Origin: Bilabrum cf. latius
Taxonomy: Eukaryota
Direction of reading: 5' to 3'
Length of the DNA: 64,000 nt
Assembly: GCA_965178125.1 (NCBI GenBank)
Contig: OZ237770.1
Coordinates: forward strand, 124,001 to 188,000
In this document: piece by piece, positions 1-11,075 of the stretch
How positions within the stretch are numbered: position 1 is the stretch's first letter
Layout of the letters: the number at the start of each line of letters is the position of its first letter
Made by a program: the position numbers and the translations under genes
The notes under the pieces: model-generated
Told to the model about the DNA's origin: nothing
Seen by the model: only the letters and a program-made list of their open reading frames with translations
Database searches by the model: none

Positions 1-134
1 ATTTAAGTGCGGAGCGACATTCGGAAGTGCAGTTAGGCTGCACATGGGGTGGCTGGAAATGCGTGGAATGAACGGAAACCGGAACTGACACATGGACAAA
101 GCCTGATGAATCAAATTGCCTCACTTTGAAACGA

Positions 135-1379
135 ATGCCAGTTGAATTCGCGAATCAAGCTGACATCTATGCGTCAAAGAGTCCCATTTGGGATGGCTCT
201 GGCGGAATACGTGCAGAAATGGTACAGGATATACAGCACAAGTCTCGCGACCTATTTACAGGACACATTCCAGCATGTGGAGAGAAGTGGCACCAAGAAA
301 TCCTTGTTGCCACTGGAGATGCCGTAATTACTGCTGTGAAAAGGCGCATGATTGCTGTCAGACTTGGATAGCATGCCAATATCTAGCAAACCACTGTAAG
401 GTAGTCTGGCCAAATCCGTTTCGCTACGTGTAAGTCCCGTTCACTATGCGTGCGTGCAGCGACAAGTACTTACTTATTAATTTTGCAGGGCTATTGTCTC
501 GAGTACAAGGGAAAGCCAGCGAAGGTAGTCGTATTTGCTCCAGAACGTAAAACAGACCTGTTCTCGTTGGTGAGCAAATGTGGGGGCTTTGGTACTGTAG
601 GTGTTTCAATTCATGTAGCACGAGAAATCATCCTTGCGCTTGATCATGTGAATAGGCGTCAGATTGCGCACCGTGACATCAAGCTGGAGAGCATCGCATT
701 GGGTGAAGCAGGAAATATTGTGCTGAGCAATTTCATTTACAGCATTCCAACCCATGATGGCAAAATGTGCCCGCTCACCACGAAGCTGAGGAGCGGAACT
801 AAGGCCTATGCAGCGCCCGAATCTCTAGCGGGGGCGGCGCACAACCCAGTGACGGCCGACATGTGGAGCCTGGGAATGCTGCTATTCTGCCTGGTCATGG
901 GGAGGCCGCCTTGCCGCGTGGCCGACGATTCGGACAAGTGGTTCCGCGTGCTGAAGCGCAAGAACAAGAGGGAGATGGACGAGTTCTGGACTAAGCACAT
1001 GCGGGCCTCTAGAATCAAAATCGACGCGCACGCCGTGCACTTCCGGTCACTGATCGAAGGGCTGCTGGAAGTAAACCCCCTGCGTCGCTTGCAGATGCAG
1101 GCTGTCAAGAAGCACCCGTGGGTGTGCACGGTGTGTCCGCCGATCGACACGTGCAGGGGCATGATCGTTAAGATGGCAGAGAGAATCGAGCGACGGCGCA
1201 GCAGTGCTCCAAAGAAGCCAGCAGCAGCGCCCAAGCAGGGAGGCGTGGGCATCGCCGCCCCTCGAGAGGGCGGACAGAAGCGGGTGGTAGTGACAAAGGC
1301 TGCCACTTCAGGGCAATGCGGCCGGCCCCCTCATATAACGGTGGCACGAAAGGTAAAACAGCCGGCCATGGCCCAATAA
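135..1379 (+). CDS. Ser/Thr kinase-fold protein (CAMK-like), probable pseudokinase; 2 exons (135-395, 489-1379)
   Basis: Motifs HRDIKLESI, GTKAYAAPE, ADMWSLG and HPW; DFG is replaced by NFI. The upstream exon reads RLG-TAG-HANI-TAG-QTT (TAG at 369 and 384), matching the alphaC-beta4 HxNI motif. GTAAG donor at 396 and TTTTGCAG acceptor ending 488 are in phase. Ends TAA. Start uncertain. Confidence 0.75.
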
Positions 1380-1602
1380 TGCAGAGAGAGTGGAGGAGGA
1401 AAGGGGAGGGGGCACAGCCGGGATTGCCTGCGTGCTGCCACCCTGCAGGTGGCGGCGAGACCAGGCATGACTGCAGCAGGCGGGGTTGCCAAACTCAGGC
1501 CCTATTTGTAATGTTGAGCTTAAGAGATGTGCATTGCGACGAATTCGGCTGGTGCATGTACCCGGATGGGTGTCAAAACCTAAAAGCTAGATCCGCATAC
1601 CC

Positions 1603-3084
1603 TCAGCCCCTTTGCATCTTGTACTAGCTGTCATCGCCGCCCGCCATGCTCTCCTGATGCTTCATCACGTTGTCCACCACGTGCTGGGCGAAGGGGTTGG
1701 AGCAGGTCCACGCCGGAGACACGGCGTTCAGCACGTGCGTGGACCGGGCGTCGCCCTCCACGAGGAAATCCATCACCAGGGAGCGCTTCTCGGTGTCCAC
1801 CAGCTGTGCCCTGATGCCTGCCTTGCCATACTCTGTGAAGTTCTCAAGACCCACGCCCTTGACAAGCTCGGAGGCGCCCTGCGCCATGTACTGCTTGGAA
1901 TACTTGCGCATCTCAGACATGGCAAGTCCCCTGAAATCAAAGGAGGCGTTCACGAAGAGTCCCATCTCGGTCATGGCGATGTCAATCAGTTCCTGCGCGT
2001 CAAAGTTGTCGGTGAAGCCGTACTGCTCCCGCCAGAATGCGGGTATGGCGGTCGGCCCGATCTTGCACTTGCCGTCCACGGTCACGGTGAAGTGCACCCC
2101 GAGGAAGGGCTGCTCCAGGTCAGGCACGGGGTACACGAGCCTCTTCAGAGGCACGTCGCAGTAGAGGTAGAGTCCCTTGAACGGGACGATGGTTAGCTAA
2201 GTGCCGAACTTGAGCTGGTGGGCCAGACGGTCGGCGTACAGGCCGGCGCAGTTCACCAGGTGACCCGCCTCGATGAACTCGTTGTGAGGCATCGCTCTAG
2301 TTCCGGTGTTCACCTTGACGGTGTGGCGAGCGCCCGACTCGGAGTCCCCAGGGATCACCCCGGTGCATTCGGAGCCGAGCACGAACTGGACCCCGGCCGC
2401 CTGGGCGTCGTCCCGGATCGCCATGGTGACCTCGCTGGGCCCCGCCGCTGCCGTCCTGGGCGACCACAGCGCTCGCTCGGTGGTTTTCGCGAGTGGCTCC
2501 AGCTCCTCGAGCTGCTTCTGGTCGATGACCTCGAGAGGCACGCCGTTCACGTCTCCGCGGCGTTTCAGCTCATCGAGCCCGGCGAGCTCCCCTTCGTTGC
2601 GAGCAACCACGACCTTTCCGCACTTGTTGATTCTGAGGCCCTTTTCGTCGCAATAGGAATGCAAGAATTGGTTACCCTGGGCGGTGAGCTTCGCCTTGAG
2701 CGAATCCGCGTGGTAGTAGAATCCTGCGTGCAGCACGCCGCTGTTCCGCCCGCTGGCATGCTGCGAAACTTCAGTTTCTTTCTCCAAGACAACTACAGAG
2801 CAGTCTGGGTGCCTCTTCTTCAGCTCCCATGCGATGTTGATTCCAATGATCCCGCCACCTACAATCACAAAGTCGGCTGACTTTGGTAGAGACGCATTGG
2901 CGGCTGCTGCGAACCCCCGACTGTTCTACTACTATGCGAATCCATAGCTGACCGTCGACTTGTGTCCCATCATGGACGCTGCTGCCCGGGTGCCGGCCTG
3001 ATTGGCACGTGAGGCGAGCGGCTACCAGCGTCGCGCCAAACTTCGCGAGGCCTGGCCCACATACGCGCGGGCTCTTCTAAGCAT
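1603..3084 (-). CDS. L2HGDH: L-2-hydroxyglutarate dehydrogenase/oxidase (LhgO/L2HGDH family FAD oxidoreductase) with probable mitochondrial presequence
   Basis: One frame from MLRRARAYVGQ (3084) through DFVIVGGGIIG, HASGRNSGVLHAGFYY, NCAGLYAD, IVPFKGLY, YPVPD..PFLGVH, AGIRAQ and NAVSPAWT to TGA at 1603-1605. Requires reading TAG at 3022-24, 2926-34 (TAG TAG TAG), 2197-99 and 1624-26. Confidence 0.92.
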
Positions 3085-3130
3085 TACAATAGATCGTAGG
3101 AACCGGTTAGATCTGTTTGTATGAAACTTG

Positions 3131-6100
3131 ATGTACCAGCTGCTTACCAGCTGTAGTGGTGTGTCAGTGACAAGATGCGTCTTGCGACTGGCGCCGCGCG
3201 CCGCAAGGTTCCGCAATTCATTCATCGATATTTCAGATTTCGGATTTCAGCACCACAGTGGGGCATTTATGCAGCGTAAGCATGCGCATATTGGATTGCG
3301 CAAGTCGCATCTGATTCGGAACGTGCCAGATCCAGGTTCGGAAACCGTCTTGCCGGCTGGTTCCAATGCTTCTCCATCGCAAGAACTGCGTTTGGTGAGG
3401 CTAGTTTGTGATATGCTCGAACCCAATAAATCAAAGGGCACTGCACTGAAAGAGTGTTGCTAGAGGTTAAGGGGGTGGCGGTGCGACCTGCGAGCAGATG
3501 CAGCAAGTATCCCCCAGACAATGGAAGCCATGGCTAATTGTGTAGCTCAGCCCATCGCCGGCAGCAGCATTAGTATGGACGCAGTGAGCAGCCGACTGCG
3601 GCACCGTTCCTGGCGTGAAGATGTTTTGAGTTCTGATCGCCTTTCAGTAGCTGTAGCGCTCGCGAGTGGGGTTGTGCTTGCGGACCTTTCAAAGGCAGCA
3701 ACTCCGTACAGTGCTGCACGATTCCATGAGATCAATCGCAGGCCGAAATCTATTTTCTGGCATGCTGCGTCCGTAGGCAACACTCGGCTGTGTCTTATGC
3801 TGGGTCTTCGCCTGGCATTGACCATGCTGCGTTGCGACCGCACCAGCGGGTGCAGCCGGCCGCATCAACGTCTCGGAGTTAATGATGACTCGGAGGGCGA
3901 GCGCGAGCGCGGCATCGAATGTACCGGAGGGGATGCAGGAGACGCTGCCAAACAACACAAGGACTCGCCATCAGTGATCCGTGGCAAAGCAGCTTACGCC
4001 ATGTACGAGATGTGGGAGCTCGCGCACCACGCAGGCAACACGTTGCTGCAACGTGCACTGGGCATGTTTGCGATCCTCGGTAGAGGCGGGCCTGCCTTGG
4101 GCCTTAGAGCCCGAGATACTGGGATGAAATCTGCCTCAGAAGGACAGTCAGCATCTTCCGTAGCAGAAGAAGATAAAATGGAAGATGGCGATGAAGGGAC
4201 TGAAAGGTGCACACTGACATCTGCTGCTGTATCTGCTGGTGCATCAGCTGATGCATCTGCTACTGCAGCATCCTCACACGTGGCCTCGCCCTCTGCTGTC
4301 ATACGTGACACTGTCAGTGGTACAACTCGTATCGAAGAGGCGGTGCTTGGCTTCGCACCTAAGAGTGGAAGCGGTCTCAAGCCAGTAGCAATGGAGTGGC
4401 GTGCGATTCTTAATAACCAGTTGCTTGACGGGCAAGGGGGAGCATGGGGCTGCGGCCCTAGCAATATTGTGCCACCCGCTAGCTCTAGCGAATCATCGTC
4501 CAGCAACGCGATTTCATAGAACGGCCTGCTGCAGGTGCCCACGGTGGCGTGCGCACGTGCCACCAGCTGGGCACTGGGGGTGGAGGCGGCTGCCGCTCTC
4601 CTTCTCAGCGGATTTGGGCGGCTGGCCACGGCGATGCAAGCACCAGTCCGACGAGGAATATTGCACGGTGGTGCTGCGCAGAAGAAGAGATTGGTCACGG
4701 GCTACCGCTGGGAAGAGGAGGGGCAGTGCGGCATCCTCGGCCAGGACCACACGGGCGGTGCAGTGACTGCTTTCAGGTGCGCACGGGAGTCCTGGGCCAC
4801 AGCGCGGGTCATGATCGGCGCGTTGCAGGCATTCTGTCGCGATGACAGTGCTTCCTCGAACGAGAATGCATTGTATGGTGGTTCAGGTCATCCCTGCCGC
4901 ATCCTCCAGAGGCACCTGGTAGCTGCCAGTAGCGCCTCGCTTGCGGGAGAAAGAGGGTGTCAGGAGAGGTGCATCGCGTTGCTACAGAAAACGGAGCTAG
5001 TTCATCCGATTCAGTGGAACAGCATGGTCAGGATCCCTACTTCACTGATACAGGCCTACGTCCATTTCCATGGTGGCTTGGGTAGCATAGAAGAGGACCC
5101 GCTGCTGCAGGAGTGCCAGAAACCGGTTGCGAGCATGTCCAATATGTTCGAGGCAATCCCTTCGTTTACGCAGAAACTGAAGCATGTGCACATGGCTGGC
5201 TGGGTCAAGTCGATGCTTCGTATGGGAGATACTGCCGAAGAACTGAGTGATGCGGTGCTCAAGCCGATGCTGAGGTGGTCGCTGGCGGACGCAGGCGTCG
5301 TGCCCTCGCCCTGGGCTGGCCTCGAATCTGCACGTTTCTTATCCATGTACCGCACTTGCCTGGGGTCTTCATCACGAACGTACAGGCTTTTGGGCAATGT
5401 GCCACATGACCTCACCTTCCCGCATGGCCCGTTTGGCATCTAGGGGAAGGGCGGTGCGTTGCCTGCCGGAGCCTTGCTGCTCTCGCTCCGGATGGCGAGG
5501 AGGCACGGGCAGTCCAACGCTGGCAATGCTCCGCACGCACGTCCCCGTCAAGAGGCGCAGAAGCTCGCTCGGTGTGACGACGATGAGCTGTGGACAGGCA
5601 GTGGTGCCAGGCGCGTGAGAATGTCTGTGGATTTCAGCACTGCATTCCTGCGGCAGGAGCTCTGCGTTTCACGCACAAGTGGCAAGGAGCCATGGAGAAA
5701 GAATTAGAATATGGCTCGCGATGATCTCCCTGCAAGCAACGCACTGGCACTTGCAGGGTGCCACTCTTCCAGATAGAGCGCAACTGGCACAGATGGAGCA
5801 GTAACTGATACATTGTCGCGCTCACCAGCTGGAGCATGGTCAAGGCAGGACACGGTATCTCTAGTATGCGAAGGAGTCGCGGGTGATCCTTACTTTGATG
5901 ACTTGGGCGAATCGTGGGTTTACTACTTAGGGTGCATTCCGGTAAGCATTGGCTGCCTGCACCGGGTTCCAGCCGTTGCTCGCACAGGCGGTGCAATCGG
6001 TGGCGGCATGGCACTACTACTGATGTTATGTAACGAAGCCTTATCCAGGGATTATCCCGCCTTTGAATCATGGCAGAGAACATTCCTCCCATGTCCACTG

Positions 6101-8335
6101 TGGGTGCTTCTGCTTGGGCTGGTTACTCTTGTTATGGTTGTGTTCGAGGCCTGTTACACTCGGGTTTTCCTGTGGATTCGAGATCGCCTGCTGCCAAAGA
6201 ACAAGGATACTGCTCTGGACGCAACTCTTGCCATGCGGCTGCAGTTCCCGTATTATGTGGTAGGATAGCTGCAATCGTCTATGCGTGAGTGGAGGCAAAA
6301 CAATCCGCTGAACTGGACCCCAGGTGAGGCGGCTGCATGGGTGCACCTTGGGGTGTGTCCAGCGGACTTGCTGCGGGTGTGCCTTTCGCAGTGCTGCGGC
6401 AGTTTCGCATCGATGCAGCGACAGGACTCGATGCGGGTTTTGAAGCTCATGGCAGTTGCGTGCATCGGCTTAGTGGAAGGGAAGTGTGGCCGTGCCTCCG
6501 GAACAGCGCGCAGTATGCGTGATTTGCTGGAGGCTGGTGCATCAGCGACTCTTGTGGGCGGCAGCCGTGATATGTCGAGCGGATCATCGAAGCGAGTGAC
6601 TCGATTGCAGCGCGCCGCACTGTTCTTGCGCGACTGGAGTGCCTTAGACGACAAAAGTGCCCGGACTCGTGCAGATCTACTCGGCCTTTCAATCAGCGGA
6701 ATGCTTGCAGTTGCGCGGCACCATGTGCTCCGAAACTACACGGATGAGCGAGTAGAGCGAGAGGGTGCGGATCCCTCCCAGTACAACCCAGTCGACCCGA
6801 GGGACATCGAGCACGCCGGGCATGTCGCGAGAGGCAGGGCAGTGAGAGCGCTGTTCGAGTCCAGGAATCAGATGCCCCCGGGCTGGCTGCCCTCGAAGCG
6901 GCTTGGGGCCAGTACCCTTCGCCTGCGAAGCTAGATTCAGAGCATGCTCGAGGACCGCAACCGCAGGATGGAACGGTGGCTTGCAGTGGCCCGAACGAAG
7001 GATCCCGTCCGTGGAGGCGAGCAGGAGCTGCAGCGCATTGCGGTGCAGCAAGCTCCACTCGTCACGCCATTTTCAGCCACACGGGCACCGGATGGATCGC
7101 GAAGTCTCGCCGAAGGTTCGCTGTACGGCGACGTGTCTGTATGGGCAAAGAGGCAGGAGGAGAGGGAGGCAGCACGCAGAGCCGCAGCTGACCGAAGTAG
7201 GCAGGGGGTTGATCGCGAGGATGAAAATGATGAGGATAGCGACCAAGAGCCAGAGACAGGCGGCGGGTCGGGCGAGTGTTCAATGGTAGGAATTCCCTCT
7301 GGCGCCGATGCCCAGTCCGGATCCAACAGCTACCCTGCCAGACCTAGCTCAAGGCGCAGAGATGCATCGACGGACCGGAGCGAGGCAGATCCCGGCCCGG
7401 GGCTGCGTGCTCTCTTCATGGGTGCGCAGCTGACTGGGGCTGCGATCCGATCCCGGCTGCAGCTGTCGAGGCGATGGAATCCGTTGCGGCAAGCTGTGTT
7501 GACGACCCCCCCTGCGCTGCTGTAGATTTAGAGCCCCCAAGACTTGCTGGCTCACGTGCTCTGCTGCTCAGAAGAAGCCGTGCTTGGCAGATGGTGGAAA
7601 GGCGGCGAAATCAGCCCAGCGTCACAATAGGGCGATGATGGTGGGGTTGGAGCGCCGCCACCTTGTGTTGGCATTAAGGAGACAGAGTCACGGGACAACT
7701 CGGAACGGGAGAACTCTGCGGATGGAGTTCGCCGGAGATAGAGAGATGGTGAGAGCACGACCGATCAGAGCAATGAGGCATCCGCCTAGCACGATGAGGA
7801 ACAACAGAAAGACGGTAGCAAAGGCACAGATGGAATCCCTATACAAGCGTCTCGGTTCCATGACCACCGTCTCAATCCCTGGGTTGGCGGACCAGAGGAC
7901 ATCGAGCTGTATCATAGGGTGAACACGTGCGAAGGCATCGTCAAGCACGCAATGCAGAAAGACAAAGAGCAGCTAGCAATGGGAATGGCTAATTCTGACG
8001 CGGATGCTGAAAATGCGGAACGCTGCACCGGTGCCGAGGCAGATTCCTGCGACAAGCCGTCATTGCATGCAGGGTGCGATGCAGACGATGCAGCCGATCA
8101 AGATCCCCCCGTAGTAGGCGACTAGGTGAATCCATTGATTGAGAAAGATGTGCTGCTGGTGCAACGTCTCCTGGAATCGTTGGAGGTCTTGCACCCCGAC
8201 GTGGTGCAGGTAGCCAGGGTACTCTACGAGTGGGCAGAGGTGGAATTTCCCTGGATGCATGAGAGGAAGAAGAGGCTGCTCATGCATAGAAGGGCGAGCG
8301 CGGAGCTGATGAAGAGGACGGCTTTCGCCTCGTGA
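3131..8335 (+). CDS. Large hypothetical protein (~1700 aa) with one hydrophobic segment
   Basis: Nine track ORFs (3128, 3521, 4535, 5459, 5813, 6281, 6944, 7919, 8126) share one frame and are separated only by TAG: 13 TAGs at 3461, 4517, 5441, 5705, 5774, 6266, 6932, 7523, 7529, 7628, 7739, 7787 and 8123. First non-TAG stop is TGA 8333-35. Start uncertain; no family recognised. Confidence 0.75.
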
Positions 8336-8462
8336 CGAAGAGTCTATCCAAGGTCCCGGATGCCTTGAGCAATCGACCAGCCAAGTGTGACTGGGAGCTA
8401 AACAAGAAGTGATGCGGACAGTGTGTAATCTCCTGCTTGTCAAGCAGATTGAAACGAGTATC

Positions 8463-9506
8463 TTACGCAGTGGGCACGTTTGAGCGTTCCGACTCAGTCA
8501 GCTCTGCCTGCAGTGCCTGTTCGGCGAGCATGGCGTTAACGGGGTTCCTGGTTTTGGTTCCGTCAGGCTGTTCGACCGCAGTGTCACCTTCGCCGGTTGA
8601 TCCAGAGGTGGAAGCCGGCATGTTGCTTGCTTCGGTGTGCTGGGGCAGGATGACCTTGATATACACATAGAATCTGCCTGCGCCAAGCACAGCGCCAGCG
8701 ACGATAGACCCGATCACTGCACCAGCAATTACGCCTCCCTTTCCTTTCTTCTTTGCGTCGCTGCCAGATCCACTACCGCCGCCGCCGCCGCCGCCGCCGC
8801 CATTGGAACCCCCCCCACCGCTGCCACCGCCATCGCCGTCATCGGAACCACCACCACCGCTGCCACCGCCACTGTCGTCGTCAGGTCCACCACCACCACC
8901 TCCGCTACTGCTGGAGCTTGCCCCGGCACAAGCGGCATTCACCGTGAAGGCTATCTTCGAAGTACCGATGCTGACGTCTTCGACCTCTCTGCCGTCGAGG
9001 AGGGTGAGCCTGCCGGGCAGCTCTGACAGGATCTTGCTGAGATCGAGAACGACGTCGCCGAGACCGACCGCCACTTCCACCTTGCCCATATCGATGCCAA
9101 GCGTGGCATCCTTGCACGCCACCCCTGCAAGCTACCGTGGCGCAGCCATTGCATACGTACTAACCCTGGGTGACAGCAGGCGGCGATGGGACTAGACGAA
9201 AGGGCTGGCGGCTGTCCCGAAGTGGGAGCGACGTGCGGGCTGATCTGGGGGCTCAGCTCCAATGAACACGCGGACGACAGCATGGGTCCGATATGGATTT
9301 GGATGTTGCTGCGAGTGCGCGATTTCGTCTGCCGATCCGGATACCAACAGAACTGTATAGGTAAAGTATTTGTACTGCTTCTCCCACCAAGGTTTAAAGC
9401 TAAATGGTGATCGGCGCCGCGCGGCCTGCAACGAACCCTGACCAAAAAACCTCAACATCATCCTCAAACTGTTGCTGGCGCCACCTTCAAGGCACACTGC
9501 CTTCAT
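8463..9506 (-). CDS. Probable single-pass membrane/surface protein with Gly/Ser/Asp-rich stalk
   Basis: ORFs 9192-9506 and 8463-9122 are in frame, joined through two TAGs. C-terminal TM segment GVIAGAVIGSIVAGAVLGAG follows a poly-Gly linker. Ends TAA. 5' end uncertain. Confidence 0.55.
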
Positions 9507-9617
9507 GCAACCAAGATACTGCAGCCATGCAAGTATTGGCTTGACCTAGATCGGTCGGTATCATCAATCCCCCGCTCGATAGACCGAGGCCCGCTGGAGA
9601 ACAGTTTCTCATACCTC

Positions 9618-10500
9618 TTAAGCAATCTGGTTGCACATGTTCTGGAGAACACCTCTGCATGTCTCCACGGGCGGGCACACCGTGCACACCCACGGGTGTC
9701 GCATCACTGCTCGGACATCCATCCTTTGGTTGGGATCCACGTGCAGGAGGCCCTCGATCAGAGACCGGAAGCGGGCAGCATGCTGGTCGATCCGGATCTT
9801 AGAAGCCCTGACGTGCTTGGTCCAGAACTCGTCCAACTGCCTCTTGTCCCTGGCCTTGATCACACGGTACCAGGGATCGCAGTCCTCGGCAACACGGCAC
9901 GGGGGTCTTCCCATGACCATGCAGAATAGAAGCACGCCGAGGCTCCACATGTCGGCCTTGATAGGATCGTGTCTTTGCTTGCGAATGGCTTCTGGTGCAG
10001 CGTAAGCTCTCGTGCCCCCAACGCTGCTGGAGTCTCTCGGTAGCATGCCAGCCGTCATTGCAGGCTCAACACTCTGAAGACCAACTAATCTAAGGTCGAA
10101 GCCCGGTGTGAGGCGCACGTTCTCGAGCTTGAGGTCTTTGTGAGCAACGTGCTTTGCATGCATGCCGTTCACCTGCAGTAAGAGCTGCCTCGCTGTGTGT
10201 ATGGACAGGCCGCGAGCGCCCAGCCCGTGCCGCGCTTTGACCACATCAAAAAAGTCACAGCGGAGGTACGGACCGAGAAATATGGCCCGAGCCTATGGTT
10301 GAGAGTACATGTGCTCTACAGGCCTGGCGAAGTCTCTGCCGTCGTGTGCGGCGCCGTGCGGTTGAGGCGACTCATGGCGCGTGTCGCACACCGAGCATGC
10401 TGCAGCTACTTCAAGCTGCTGTGCCTTCAGACCGCACTATTGCGCTATCGCTAGATAGCATGGACGTGAGCACTGCGGTATCCGATTGGGATGGTTTCGG
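9618..10500 (-). CDS. Ser/Thr kinase-fold protein, probable pseudokinase; paralogue of 135-1379
   Basis: Motifs HKDLKLENV, GTRAYAAPE, ADMWSLG and HPWVCTVCPP; DFG is replaced by GLQ. The frame stays open upstream of 10244 if TAG is read through. Ends TAA. Start approximate. Confidence 0.75.
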
Positions 10501-11075
10501 CACGAAAGGAACTTTGGTGGTACAATTTGGAACTGGGCTAAGACAACAGAGCATGGGACAGTAAGGTACTTACGCTTACGGCATCGTAATCATTTCTGCC
10601 CAGTAGTCTGAGGCAACTCTCTACTTTTTGTACCGTCACTTCATCGCGGCCTGCTCCGCAAAGCACATCAAACCGCTGCACCAAGCCATCCCCGTCCTAC
10701 CCGTCGCTGTGCATGACTGCTTTGCAGCTCATCAGCCTCGGCCCGATCATGCGTCCTGGGGCTGCAACTATTCGTACTTGGTCCATAATAACATCGCAGT
10801 TCTACATGTGCGAATTTACCTTGGGTCGTAAAATGTGTAGAAATCCACATGTCGCAGTGTGCGTGGGCAATCAGGGCAACCCGGAACCGGAACAAGATAT
10901 CCAAAATCCGGATTCAACGCCTCGTCCAGTGAATGGGATATTGCTAGGCATGTGGAGTTAAATGCAAGCAACAGATTAATACGTCGGTGTCGATTGTATA
11001 CGGCTGTGCGCATCACCACTGCTACCATCAGCCGAAATATCCCCGCAAGCACAACTCTCCCCTCCAAACCGCAAT

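Noticed and set aside
1603-3084. Bacterial contamination suggested by the LhgO-like and Ldh_2 genes
   Set aside because: Both use the host TAG code; one has a presequence, the other an intron, and they are contiguous with eukaryotic genes.
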